DNA from: the human T2T-CHM13v2.0 reference genome, Homo sapiens | Assembly: GCF_009914755.1 (NCBI RefSeq) | Contig: NC_060941.1 | Direction: 5' to 3' (one strand) | Length of the DNA stretch: 64,000 bases | The notes under the pieces: model-generated | Seen by the model: only the letters and a program-made list of their open reading frames with translations | Database searches by the model: none | What the model was told of the DNA's origin: nothing | Translations under genes and position numbers: made by a program | Shown: positions 26,679-41,933 of the stretch, in pieces | How the letters are laid out: every line of letters begins with the position of its first letter | Numbering within the stretch: the stretch's first letter is position 1

Positions 26679-27904
26679 TCTCCCACCAACTTTCAATGAC
26701 CAGACTCCTTGCTGTCCAAAGCCCCGCGCATGACATGCACTGCTCTTGGTCACCTCCTGGGGAAGGAAGGGCCTGGACTGCAGTGCCTTATAGGCCGAGG
26801 TCTGGCGCTGCTCTGTCACCTGCCAGCTGTGTCACTCCACCTCTCTGATCCTCCTTCCTTCCATGGTAAAAGAGCCTCACTGGTGGTTCCTAATAGCCCA
26901 AAAATACTATGACATTGTAATGCTTACAGGATTATGGACATCAGGCCTTTGGGAAGGGGTTGGAAAAATACTTTTTTTTCTCTTAGAAACAGGTATTAAA
27001 ACTGCTTCCTGTTGCTGTTAACCAAAGCAGGCAATTTCTCATTAGTTACTTCACAGGGAGATCCGATGGTTTGTTGAAGTGTCAAAACCTCATTAACATG
27101 TTTACCACAGGTGAGTGAGATCTTTTCTTCATGTTCTTTTCGTTATGAAAACTTCCTTTAATAAAGTAATACATAAAACTTTTAAAATAAGGAGATGCTA
27201 TGGTAACCACTTTGGTCTGAATAACATCTGTTTTTTTGGGAAAGAATAAAAATCAGGAGAAATATGCAGAAATGTAGTCATTTTTCTTCTGCATCCAAGA
27301 GAGAAATCCATTTTGAGCCAAGTATTTGAGGATGGCCTAGTTTGAAGTGTAGTCAAACAAGTTTATAACAGGAGAACAAGATTCAGAGAAAGGAAATCCC
27401 CTAAAGGACAGTATGTGCAAAGGAAGGTCTTCTTGTCCTTTGAAAAGAACAACTTAAACAGAATTATTCTGACAATGTAAAGATGGTGATTCCTGATGGA
27501 CGTGTGTCCATTTTTTTTTTCCCATTTGAAACAAAGACATACAAAATTTCTTGGAGAATTAGAAAAAAAAATATTTTTCTCCAACTTGAGAGCATGTTTG
27601 TGTCTCAAAATACATTTAGACTTGATCCAATCTGTCCCTCTTCCCCAGTTCATCTCTAATGGATGCAAAATGCTCCCTACTGGTAATTATCGCCAGCCCG
27701 CCTGAGATAGCAGCGGGCTGACCTGATGGTCTATTTTCACCTTTACCCTCACAGTTCAAGAGGTCAGGGAAGTCAAGGCTGGTCTGAGTGCTGTGCAACT
27801 GTCAGCAAGGATTAAAGGGAATGACTCACTCTTCCTTCACACCTTACCCATTGCCATTACCCTGGCAGCTGAATCTTCAAAAAACAGTGCCTTGGAGAGG
27901 AAAT

Positions 27905-28030
27905 ATAGGAGAAAGGAGAGAAGAGGAGAAGAGAAGGGAGGAGAGGAGGGAAGAGGAGGGGAGGGAACAAGAGGACAAGAGAGGAGAGGTGAGGTGAGGC
28001 GAGGCAAGGCGAGGGGAGATGGAGAGAAAA
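27905..28030 (+). repeat. GA-rich low-complexity tract
   Basis: ggagaaaggagagaagaggagaagagaagggaggagaggagggaagaggagggg... Confidence 0.85.
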
Positions 28031-28579
28031 CAGTAGCCCCATGTTTTACATCACTTCATCTCATACACTGCACAGTGTCACAAATAATGTTCCTTTCTCC
28101 CTCCGTTGACATTACTATTTTCTATCACAAAGGTTGATTCAATTAAATAATTTAAGGGGTTTCTTTTATTTTTAATTTTTAAAAACCTTTCAAACAAAAG
28201 TTTAGGATATAAGTTAATGCAAGAAGATTAGAACAGTGCCCAAAACAAGAATACCATATATATGACAGGAACTCTTAACCTTCTGTATGATGAATGAATG
28301 GACAAAAAAGTGAGTGAACAAGTAGTACTGCCCTAAGTAAAACACATGAATGTCGGGCTAATGCGACTGTGTTTTAGATTCTCAGATTTATACCATCTTC
28401 CTAAAACAAAAAAGACTCTAAAAACCTAGGATATGGTTTATAGCATAAACACCACATCTGTATAGCCTTGAGAAAAAGGCTATCTGAAGTTACGCACATG
28501 GGCTTTCTAAACACACAGTGGTATCAATAATTGCTGCCTTTTATTTCTTTTCTAATTAATCTCACAGACTTGTACATGG

Positions 28580-28755
28580 GAGGAGACTTCCTGGTCACTT
28601 CATCACCTATTCAGTCTCCTCATTTCACAGATGAGTAAAGAGAGGCCCAGAAAGGTTCTGTGATTGGTCTAAACACACAGTTAAGAAATGACAGAGCTAG
28701 GATCAGAACCTGGGTCTTTTAGCTTCTAATCCAGTACTCTTCTTATTGCACTACA
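28580..28755 (+). mobile_element. MIR
   Basis: catttcacagatgagtaaagagaggcccagaaagg...agagctaggatcagaacctgggtc. Confidence 0.7.
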
Positions 28756-29203
28756 ACACAACTTACGAAAAAAAAAAAAATTCCCCCAGTTATTCTGGGC
28801 CCTGAAGCCCTGAAGTTGCTACCTCAATCAAGAGCTAACTCTACTAGGTTTCTGATTCCAGCACAGAGAGAATGTGATGGTTCAGAAGATGAGAGAAATC
28901 AACACCTACAAGATCAGCATCTCTCACAAGTCTGGAAGTAGTGAAGTGAAAATCCTCTGGTTGCAATTGTAGCAAACAAACGAAATAGATCCCCGAGGCA
29001 ACAGGCAAAATGGCATGAATTTGCACATATGAAACATGCTATATTTTTGAACCCATGAAATACCAAAGCAACTTTTATTATATTAAGTAGGGCTTTAGTT
29101 CAACTATAGGTTTAGGGCAACCGAAAATACTAGGGACTGTCTCTCAAATTTTAGTTGTCTTACACCAAAATGCATTGACCACAACTGGATTGAAATTAAG
29201 TCA

Positions 29204-29524
<321 letters not shown>

Positions 29525-29607
29525 TTACATTTTTTTCTTGCCCAGCTCTCCCTATGATGTCCCTCCTCTTGTCGGCTTCAGCCATTTCTAGAGTCAAAGC
29601 TTTCTCC

Positions 29608-29820
29608 AGACCAGCCTGGGCAACATGAGGAGACTCTATCTCTACAAAAAGTTTAAAAATTAGCTGAGCCTGGTGGTGCGTGCCCATAGTTCCAGCTACT
29701 TGGGAGGCTGGGGTAGGAGGATTTCTTGAGCCCAGGTGTTTGAGGCTGTGATTGCACCACAGCACGCCAGCCTAGGCAGTACAGTGAGACCCCGTCTCAA
29801 AACAAACCAACAAACAAAAC
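29608..29820 (+). mobile_element. Alu, 5' truncated (AluJ-like)
   Basis: Starts at agaccagcctggg; flanked by ctttctcca on both sides. Confidence 0.88.
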
Positions 29821-31208
29821 CCATAACTTTCTCCAAACTAAAATACACTCAGAATAATAAGGCAAGCTTTCTTTTGTACTCCAGTCAGAACCTCTTCACA
29901 TAAGTAAAGCCCAAAAGATATATGGGAATATTTGTAGACAATGTCTTAAACTCACCATTTGTTTACTGTGCCTAAACTCTAAATGGAAGTCACTACATGC
30001 TCCCCTGACATGTCTCACCAAGGGGAGGGAGGACAGCAAGGAGGAGGGGATCTCCCTAAACTGAAATATACCAACTTTTCTCTGACACAATTTGTTCTTA
30101 AAGTGACTAAAAGTGCACAAAAACCTTTCAGCTAGTCAAAATAAAATAAGTAGGCAGAAATACCAAATTAGGTAATTTTGAAATATATGGGTTCTTTCAA
30201 TATACCTCTATAATTCACATAGACTGTTTGCTTGTCAAAACATTATCTATACCAGAATCAAATTTAGTCAGATTTAAAAACCAGGCAGGCAACTTATTAT
30301 CTGTAAGAGCTATTGAGAAGAATAAATACAAAAGGACTGAAATAAAAAATCAACAGCGGCAAGCAGCTTTGGAAAAAGAGGCTGAGACAGGTTTCTAAAA
30401 TATTACTGATGTTGAGGGAGGTCTATTTTCATGTGATAACTATTTTTGTTCAATATCACCAACTTTCAATTTATAGCAAAACTGATACATTCAATTTCAG
30501 CTGTCTACTTCACAAATACAAATCTATTTCAAATATCATGGTCACATTTATGTAAACATCTGGGAGAGTTCAGCAAAATGTCTCTGCCATTTGGAAGTCC
30601 TAACACTTCAATGAACATAATTATTTCATACCCATCTCATTCTGCTGTATTTTTTGACAATGTGAAAACCAATGGCATAAAAATGAACTCCAGTAAGACA
30701 AATGATTAAATCAAACCTTGTTATTTAAATCTATGTTTGCCCAACCACTTTCCCTTAAAGCCAATTCTCAAATTCAAGAAAATATGGCAATATGTTTTAG
30801 AGCATGAAAAAAGTTTGAGCATGCTAACGAACCAACTTGTAAAATATAATTACAAAAGATTACAAAAATGCTATCTTGAACATCTTACTGGTATAAATTG
30901 CATAAACTCTCTCATGCAACATATGTCATTCAGAGTAAAGAGGAAGGAACAGGATTTTAAACATCACATCCATTTAGGAAATTGGATATCAACTACTCCC
31001 ATCTCCTGTCATGATGATGCTTTAGTTAATATCTTTTATTCTATTTTCCAGAGCTATCAGAATGAACCATGAAGAATAAAAGTACACAATGAAAAACTAA
31101 TTATTTTAACAGAGGTTAAGCTAGGAAAGGCCTTGTGTAGCAAGCATCCTATGTTATTTCATTCAAACTATCTGCTAACAACAGCAGGAAAAAGGTTTGT
31201 ATTCTTAC

Positions 31209-31325
31209 CAATGAATTTCTGAGGCATTGAGCTTTTTCGTTTTGCCACATTGCTTGCTAATCTGTCCAGTACGAGAGCTCTTTCACTTCCCATCTCTGCT
31301 TTGATGTGTCTTGCCTCCGCACTTG
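31209..31325 (-). CDS. IKZF3: IKZF3 exon 7, 117 nt
   Basis: Acceptor tttttccaaactag|CA and donor ATTG|gtaaga; translates (A)[38 protein letters not shown](G), the Ikaros-family conserved motif. Confidence 0.97.
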
Positions 31326-32078
31326 CTAGTTTGGAAAAATGTAAAAAGAAGAGAGAAAAGAACACATTGGTACATGGGGAGAAAAGGAAATAAACTGGAA
31401 GGAGAAGTGTCCGAAGTTGGATGCACACTCTATTGTTGTTACCTGTTATAACTGCTCAGATTCTTGCCTGGGGTACCTGCTGTGGTCAGTGAAGCCGACA
31501 CCAGGGCACATTCAAATCTTGCAGTCTTATGCCGAGATGGGAAAGCTCGACCCATCCCCAACCAGTACCTTCATTAGCAAGAGGAAGTATTAAATAAACA
31601 GCCTGGACGTGGTTGGTTGCAAAAAGATAGATAGATGGAGATCTAACCCCCGATCAGCCTTCTTTCTGATTCTGAGTAACTGCGTGTGACACCTGCAGAC
31701 TGATATAATTCTTAACAACTTTGAAAAAAAAGCATGGTGCCCCAGATTTACTGCTCTGTTTATGTTAACAGCACTTTTGAAAATAGGTACACTCACACAG
31801 ATAGCAAGACATCTACTCAGTGATTTGTGTATTGAAATTCTGAGTGGTTTCTTTCTTTTTCTTTTTCTTTTTTTTTTTCAGCACGCTCCTCTCAGTTCCT
31901 ATCTTTCATATTCTGTTTCTCTGTGCTCTGTATTATCTGTTTCATATGCTCTTCACATTTCAAAATAGTCTCAATTAAAATTTCCCTAAGCAACACTTCT
32001 GCCTTGAAATTAAAGAACAATTTGTATAATGCATCTGTATTGAATTTCTAATAAAAATGTGAATAAAAACTGCCTATG

Positions 32079-32392
<314 letters not shown>

Positions 32393-32443
32393 CCTGCCTA
32401 TGAATGTGGGCCCATCCACAAATAGACCTGTGAGTGGTGTAGG

Positions 32444-32622
32444 CCTGTGGTTCTCAGACCTGGCTGCACATTAGACTCACCTGAATAGCAGGTAAGAAAT
32501 ACCTATGCCCAGGCCCCCCTTCAGATCAATTAAATCAGGATTTCTGGTATAGGGGCCTAGGCAAGAATATTTTCAAAGCTCCCCAGATGATTTTAAAATG
32601 CAGCCAGAATTGAGAACTACTA
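32444..32622. mobile_element. MER5-family hAT DNA transposon relic
   Basis: gtggttctcagacctggctgcacattagactcacctg...ccccagatgatttt...gcagccagaattgagaactact; terminal inverted similarity. Confidence 0.75.
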
Positions 32623-32736
32623 GAAGAGTATATAAATAGTGGCAATATCTAATCAACTAAAATAGTAAACTGTAATGAATATAATTTACCTCAATTCAGC
32701 AGGCAGTGCCCAAATTTATGTCTAAAGTTCAAAGAA

Positions 32737-33047
<311 letters not shown>

Positions 33048-33114
33048 TTTCAAAGAGATACCAGCTTCTCTAAATACAAGGCTTGACATTTTAACACATG
33101 ATGCTAGCCTGAAC

Positions 33115-33317
33115 CAGGGATCAGCAAACTTTTGTCTGTAAAGGGCCAGACAGTAAATTTTAAAAATTTGCCAGACACATATAGTCTCTATGTTATATTC
33201 TTTGTTTTTTTTTTTTTTTTTTTTCTGTTCCACGGCCTTTTAAAAACGTAAAAATCCCTGTACACAAACAGGCCACTGGCTGCACTTGCCTAGAGCGCCA
33301 CAGTTTGCCCTCACCTG
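33115..33317. mobile_element. MER58-family hAT DNA transposon relic
   Basis: cagggatcagcaaactttt...gtaaagggccagacagtaaa...cacagtttgccc...cctg. Confidence 0.75.
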
Positions 33318-33477
33318 CCCTGGGCAAACATATTGTGATGCTGTAAACATTTTTCTCTGTTTTCTCATAAACACTTCGGGAGATCCAAACTAAAATGAAC
33401 TATCCATACATTTCTATTATGTCTAAGGAAGAATAAATTGAAATTAGTTTAAGGGATTAGAGTAAAAAGCAAGTAGT

Positions 33478-33818
33478 GGCTGGCACAGTGGCTCACCCCT
33501 GTAATCCCAGTGCTTTGGGAGACTGAGGCAGGAAGATTGCTTGAGGCCAGGAGTTGAGACCAACCTGGGCAATATAGCAAGATCCTGTTCCTACAAAAAG
33601 TAATTTTAAAAAATTAGCTGGGCATGTTGGCATGCGCCTGTAGTCCTAGCTACTTGGGAGACTGAGGTGGGAGGGTTCCTTGAGCCCAGGGGTTTGAGGT
33701 TACGGTGAACTATTAAGGTAACTGCAAAGACCACAATTACTTTTGCACCAACCTATTAGTGCCAGTGCACTCCAGCCTGCGTGACAGAGTGAGACTCTGT
33801 CTAAAAAAAAAAAAAAAA
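33478..33818 (+). mobile_element. Alu (AluJ-like) carrying an internal MADE1 remnant
   Basis: Dimer with a ~45-bp foreign insert in the right arm. Confidence 0.92.
33711..33758. mobile_element. MADE1 / Hsmar1 mariner terminal inverted repeat remnant
   Basis: gcaaagaccacaattacttttgcaccaacctatta matches the Hsmar1 TIR (reverse strand taggttggtgcaaaagtaattgtgg); bounded by tatta on both sides. Confidence 0.85.
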
Positions 33819-33914
33819 GCCCCAAAGTATTAAATATTTCTAATTTTATTAGTGGCCTTAAAAAACTGTATGTTAGTCATTACACAATACATTATAAAGC
33901 TCAGTTTTCATTAT

Positions 33915-34216
<302 letters not shown>

Positions 34217-34264
34217 AAAGCTCAGCTTTTTTTTTTTTCCTGGAATAACATAAAATCTGGCTCT

Positions 34265-34395
34265 GCCAGGTGTGGTGGCACTAGCCCATAGTCCCAGCTA
34301 CTCAGGAGGCTGAGGTGAGAGGATGGCTTGAGCCTAGGAGTTCAAGTTCAGCTTGGGCAACACAGTGAGATCCCATCTCTTAAAAAGAAAAAGAA
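34265..34395 (+). mobile_element. Alu monomer (FLAM-like)
   Basis: Single arm with A tail. Confidence 0.85.
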
Positions 34396-35821
34396 ATCCA
34401 GCTCCAAAAATGAAAAAGAAGAGGATGATAATAATGTGATAATAATGACAATATTTACTAGACAGTGAGTTTCTTGTCAAAAATAATTCTAGGCTCTAAA
34501 GGAATAAATCATAGCCTTCAGTGAAGCTATTAACAACTATTTGTGTAAATGAAAACAGTAAGGGTCAGAATAGGGGGCCTGAGTGGCTTTTGGGCTAGTG
34601 CAAAAGTACTCGACTGACTCTGGCTGACCAGCAGTTGTAAATAACGGGCACTTCAGCCACAAGACACTGCTATTGAGTGAAGAGGGTCAAATTCTGTCCA
34701 GCACAGGGATAGGTTTAAATGACCAAACAGGAAATTATTTATATATATTATTTCCTTTCACACAAAACCACCACCAGATGTGGCACTACCCAAAGCCCCA
34801 AGAGCAGAGAGATGAAAGACAAAGCTTGGAATTTGCAGTAAGTTCCTGGGGCTGTTAGGAGACTTTTTTCTTAGAATCAGGGGAGAGGTAGCTAAGTTTG
34901 CACTTTGACTAGGAACATTCATCCTGGTTCCAGCAATTTTGAGAAGATTAAATCCAAGTAAGCCTCCCCTCAACCCTGTAGTTATCAACAAAAAGATTTA
35001 TAGGGAAAAAAAGAATGAAAAACAGTATTCTGGGAATGTTTACCTTTTATGCCCATTTTACCATTGTTCTTATTAGTCTATTGTGGTCCCTCCTCTCACT
35101 GCCAAATCATTACCCAGGAATTACCCCAAGCACGGTGCTACCCATCTAGTTTTCCCATTTGTTTCTCAGCAGTCGCTGTCTACATTTTACTGAAGTCAAT
35201 GTCAATTAAAACAAGCAGCTTTCTGAGGACACGTAATCAACATCCTCTACATTTGGGAGGATGCTGAAGTGTGGACACATTGACCTAAATAACTGTAATT
35301 AGGGCAGGTCACTAAATGGCAAACTTTTGAGATAACATCACCTTTTATTCCTCGTTACCCACCAAACTGGTCTTTAGAGTCATTTCCAGATAAACATTAT
35401 TCTGTAAATCAGTGACCAAATGCCTGACATTTAAAAACATAAAATTCTGCAGTGTTCATGGATGGACATATTTTGAGGCATGGGTGGAGACTTTCCCATT
35501 TCCACAACTCCGATTAGATTGAAAGAAATCCTCTGAAACGAATCTAGAGGACTCCTGTTCACCCACACCCTCTTTCTGGGTCATTCACTCAAAATATTAA
35601 CTACAAGAGCTCCACTCTCATTGTACATGTGAACACACTCCTACTGATTCAGTTGATCTTCACTGAATTAACCTTGTTTTCTAGTTGATAAGTTAGGCAA
35701 AGGCTAGTTTTCAATTGAAGATGGCACTCATTTTCTTTCCTAAACTGCTAGTCTTTTGCCTCACACTTGTTGGATAGCTGATGCACAATACCATGAAATG
35801 AGTGCCCTTTGAAACACAAAG

Positions 35822-36005
35822 AGCCAGGTTCCATGGTTTGCGCCTGTAATCCAGCACTTTGGGAGGCTGAGGTGGGAGGATTGCTTGAGCCCAGGGAGCT
35901 ATGATCTTGCCACTGTACTCCAGTGTGAGGAACACAGTGAGCCCTGTCTCTAAACAACAACAACAACAACAACACACACACACACACACATATCACACAT
36001 ACACA
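35822..36005 (+). mobile_element. Alu monomer/deleted Alu with (CAA)n(CA)n tail
   Basis: Left-arm start joined to right-arm end; microsatellite tail 35953-36004. Confidence 0.8.
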
Positions 36006-36885
36006 AAGAAATGCTTTGTAACTGGACAAGCTCTTTGGGATTACTGAGTGGTTTAGGCAGTGCACTGAAAAGAAAAAAAAGAGGACTATTGGCTTTTGGT
36101 CCTTTTCTCCAACTTTAGGACCCAACTGTCTATTTATACGAACAGTCTAGACTTGTTATCTTGCCACTTCATATCTCAGAAATGTAAGTGGAGGGAAACC
36201 AGTTTGGCAAGATAGTAAGGGAACAAGATAATGGGTTTAAATGACGAAATAGGAAATCCGTTCCTGGGTGGTGTTTGGCGGTGTAATGCTGCAAGTGGTG
36301 GGTGTGGGGAATATGGGATGGTGGCAAGGAACAATTTGCACATTCAGCTCATGAGTGAGAACAGAATGAGTAGAACTGTCATTGTGGATCAATTTCCCTT
36401 CACATTGCTTGCCTACTAAATAGTAGACATACTAATTTTCATTAGAAAAGTTATTTTAAAGACGTGCTGAAAAAATAATAAAATGTAGTACAAAGTCACA
36501 TTTACAGATTAGGTTACTACTACCTTTATTCCCTGTATAAGTCTTAATATTTGGTTTTAGTTAACTATTTCCATGATACAATTTCTACCTCAAAGTCATT
36601 GGAGGTTTAACTATGTAATTGTGTTGTGCTTTTGTTTTTGTTCAAAATCCTTCATTAGATCTTGAAGTGTTAAGTGGAGCTTAAATAAGAGGTATTGCTT
36701 CCTGTCTCTTCTATGGTGTAGTCAGTCAGTAACTAATGGAGAGTGGAACAAAGTGGTGTTATTATGCAATAGAAATTGTCTAACAAGAGATTGGTATCAA
36801 AGACAGAGGCAGGTTCTAACAAAAAAGTTTCATAAAACTGTTGCCTTTTTGAACAAGTAAAATGAATACTACCTGTGAGATAGCA

Positions 36886-37178
<293 letters not shown>

Positions 37179-37207
37179 AGTATTGATTTTTAAAAAGAAT
37201 AGGTTGG

Positions 37208-37538
<331 letters not shown>

Positions 37539-37798
37539 TTAAAAATTTTTAAACATTTTCTTTGGTCTGCTAAGTTGGTAAAAATGTAAGTTTATTCTGA
37601 AGCCCTCATGCTTGTATTAGCTTGAAGAACTATTGAAGATGAAAAGTTTGGAGTCTTAGATTCATAAATAGATGTGATTATTCAATTACTTAAAAATATT
37701 ATTATTGCTAGAACTCATTGTTACATAAAATATTTCCTGCTCCAAGTATTCATAATCTGTGTGAATGAGGCTAAATGAATCTCTATACCGGCTGTTAG

Positions 37799-38260
<462 letters not shown>

Positions 38261-39324
38261 AGGATTGTAAATCCTTAAAGTGTAGGGGCTTAACCTTAAC
38301 TCATCTTTACAAACAGCTTTGATACAGAGCCTGGCACATAGAGAACTCAACAAATGCTATCTGGATAAAAGAAATGATTAGCAAGGCCAGAAGTCCTGTT
38401 GCCCAATACCTGCATTTTTTTGCAGGCTGGTCTTCACTCCAAGGCCTTTTTATCCATCTGCTTGCTTCTAGAAAGTCCTGCTTCCCCTTGCAGGCAGGTT
38501 TGTCCACAGGCTTGGCTCTCACACTACGCTGCACTTCAACTTACAATAAGCACTTGAAGAATGAGTGCTGCAGGCACAACAGCAATGGAGCATCATCTCT
38601 TTACAAGTGACGGATGAGGCATAAGATGTACTATACTGCTCAGGCTCAGAATAGAACCCCATGTCCACAATGGACTCCCAATTCTAAGAAGGAAACAGAA
38701 ATGGAAACCACACATGGAAGGGTGCAAAATAGTTAAAGGATTGGCTTATGTTGGGTTAAATATTCTGTAAATTTTGGCCTCAGGAAAAATTATAGGAACT
38801 ATTTGAAATATAAAAGAGTAATGTGTGAACTGAGATGCAGTAACTTGATTAAGCTGTGAATTTACACATTTATAACCTGAAACCACCATTACAACATATT
38901 TGTTTGAAAAAAAAATCAAAACTTGCTGACTTAGTTAACCCTTTATCTTTTTTTGCTGAGACTTAAAGTATGGTGCACGCATCCACCAAACCACCCTATG
39001 AAATGCAAATTAACTCAACCTCTGTATTTCAGCATTTCCTGAATCACCTAATATCACTGAGAATAGCTAAAATATTACTTTTGATACTTTTCCTTATTTG
39101 AAATTCCTAAAAAAGGTTGTGAGAATGGGAAGTAAGGTGGTGACCTTACTTCAAAATCAATAATTTTGAACTTACTGTTTATAGAGTGTAGTTTTCTGAT
39201 TTTTCCCCCTCCTTCCAGGAGAATCAGGACACACATATATGTATATACATGTGTGTCTATTAGTATGTGTGTTACTATATTTCTTTTGCAAACCAGATAA
39301 TATATAACCTTTAAGAAATATAGC

Positions 39325-39800
39325 TAATCAAGCCAAAAAGTGGAAAAGGTGTAAAAGACTCAAATGTCCATTAGCTGATGAATGGATAAATGGAAAGTGC
39401 CATATCCAAACAATGGAATATTATTCAGCCACAAAAAGGAATGAAGTCCTGATAAATGCTTCAGCATACATAAATGCCTCAGAAACATTATGCTAAGTAA
39501 AAGGAGCCGACACAAAAGGCCACATATTGTATGATTCCATTTATGTGAAATGTCCAGAACAGGCAAATCCATAGAGACAGAAAGTAGATTGGTGGCTGCC
39601 AGGAGCTAGAGGAAGGGGGAATAGGGAGTGACTGCTAATGAGCACAGCACTGCTTTTGCGGATGGTGATAATGTTCTGAAATAAGATAGTGGTGATGGTT
39701 GTACAACTTTGTGAATATACTAAAATTATTGAAATGTGCACTTTAAAAAGGTAAATTTTATAGCATGTGAGTTATATCTCAAGTTTTTGAAAATTAAAAA
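39325..39800 (+). mobile_element. L1M (L1MB-like) 3' end
   Basis: caaatgtccattagctgatgaatggataaa...acattatgctaagtaaaagg...gtgaaatgtccagaacaggcaaatccatagagacagaaagtagatt. Confidence 0.85.
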
Positions 39801-40169
39801 ATATGACTAATCACAAAAACAACTAAAGTTCTGGTGAATTTTAAGTAGGTCACTGAATTTTGGGCGAGTCTCAGTCTTGTCACCTCTAAAATGAAGAAGT
39901 AGGGTCAGATGCTCTCTTTCATTCTAGCTTTAAATATTAGTGATTCTACTTGGAATATGATAGATTTCATAGCTTGGGAATCTCTTACAGTGAGAGCTTT
40001 GCCTATTGTCTGAAATACAGAACTGCAAGTAGAGATGCCTACATTCCGTCCTTGAGCGAGTACTGCCTGACTGCCATGAAGCATGCCACTTAAGATGTCA
40101 AAATCTTTCCTAGCAAGCAGACTCAGATAAAAGCAAAACAAAGAGAAGATGTCAAAACCCAAATATTAG

Positions 40170-40318
40170 GTTTTTCTTTTTATTTTATTATTATTGTTTT
40201 AGAGATGGTGTCTTGCTTTGTTGCCCAGGTTGGGCTTGAGCTCCTGGGCTCAAGCAATCCTCTTGCCTCAGCCTCCTCAGCAGCTAGGACTACAGGTGTG
40301 TACCACTGTGTATGACCT
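40170..40318 (-). mobile_element. Alu monomer (FLAM-like)
   Basis: Single reverse arm. Confidence 0.85.
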
Positions 40319-41099
40319 GTTTGTTTTTTATAAGGGGGTAAACATTTCTTTTTATTTGGATAAGCTTTATCCAAATAAGTTGGATTTCCTTTATCAAATT
40401 AGAAATCCAACTCCTTGATAAAACCAAAGATGCCATTAGGATAAAAAGCAGAAGCACTGCAAGCCATCAGAATTCAGTTGGCCAGCTCCTAACATCATGC
40501 AATAGGTTTTATCTAAAATAAAAGTTTCCTCTCACTCAAAATGAGGGCAGTTTAGGTAGTCATTTCTACTCCATTTTTCCTGAGTTTCACATTATTTCTG
40601 TCATCTTTTTGTAACTTTTCTGTTTTAGCCTATTCAAACTACTCAACTGCAACAATTGCTGTCAAACACTAAATCCCATGAGGGTTTGTACCTATTCTAA
40701 ATAAGCAATTGGTTCAAGTTACCAAATAAAAATGTCAGACAACCCAAGCTGCAGAACCAGGCTGACAGCCAACTCAATGGGACAAAGGACAGCTGAAGAG
40801 ATGTGACACAAAAAAGTTTCAGGCTGTTCCAACAAAGAATTAAAAGGAAATAAAACCACAATTGAGATATAGAAGAACATCTAGTGTTTCAACCAATTGC
40901 CAGTAGGCATCTAATTCAAATCACTGAATAAAACAAGGAATCCCCAAAGCCAAATAGAAGCATCACAATAAATCATATGAGTAGACAAGGATATAAATTG
41001 GGCCCTGTGCAAAGAAAATCCTTGTAGTTTTAATTGCCTCTTCCCTAGCCACTCCCCAACCTCCTCTACCCTCAATTTTTGCCATTTTTTGTAAACGAC

Positions 41100-41811
41100 A
41101 ACTCCACTCTTCATCAATCTGTTAGGAAATCTTGTTGACTCTACCTTTAAATATACAGAGAATTAGAATACTTCTCACCACCTCTACCACTAACAAGACA
41201 TAATTTTCTCTTGCTTGAATTATTGCAATGGCCTCCTAACTGGACCCCCAATTTCCAACCTTGCCCCAAATACAATCTCTTCTCAAAAGCAAGTAGAGTG
41301 ATTCTTTCAAATGAGAAGACCAATGATGTCACCTCTTTGTACAAAACCCTCTAAAGATTTTTAATTTCACTCAGAGTAAAAGCCAAAGCCTTTACAATGG
41401 CCTGCAAGGCCTGAGAAGATCTGGTTTCCCATTTCCTCTCTGGCTTCAGGTCCCATTACTCACTGTGTTCCAGACACACAGAACTACGTACACTTCTTCA
41501 AATTTGTGCCCCAGGGCCTTTGCTCTTGCTGTTCCCTAGTTATCTGCAGGGCTTACTCACCCTGTTAAGAAGTCTGTTAAAATGTTACCTCGTTGAAGCC
41601 TTCCCTGATTCTCACCCTCACTCCTCAGCAACTGCTTCATTTTTCTCAATAGCACTTACCACCCGCTAACCTTCCAACTTACAGTTTGCTCATTTACTTT
41701 CTTTATAATCTGTCTGCCCCCAGTAAAATATAAACTCCACGAGTCTTTTTACTTACTATTGTATCTCACCACCTAGGACAGCAGATGCTCACTAAACGTG
41801 TGTTGCGTGAA
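41100..41811 (+). mobile_element. L2 3' region abutting the IKZF3 exon 6 donor
   Basis: ttattgcaatggcctcctaactgg...agagtaaaagccaaagcctttacaatggcctgcaaggcc...aatgttacctc...gatgctcactaaacgtgtgttgcgtgaa. Confidence 0.78.
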
Positions 41812-41816
41812 CTCAC

Positions 41817-41933
41817 CAGTGTCCCCTGGGTCAGTGCTCTGAAGAAATGTACGGCAGCGCTCCTTGTGCTCCTCAAGGGAACTTCTCTGCTTGTAACTCC
41901 TTCCACAAAACTCACATTTGTAGGGTTTCTCCA
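41817..41933 (-). CDS. IKZF3: IKZF3 exon 6, 117 nt, zinc finger 4 (CCHC variant)
   Basis: Acceptor cttctag|TG and donor ACTG|gtgagt; translates (V)[38 protein letters not shown]. Absent from the ORF track. Confidence 0.96.

Noticed and set aside
35933-35971. Cryptic 23-bp-spacer RAG signal (CACAGTG...ACAACAACA)
   Set aside because: Derived from an Alu end and its CAA tail; the nonamer lacks the conserved AAA core, and such matches are common.
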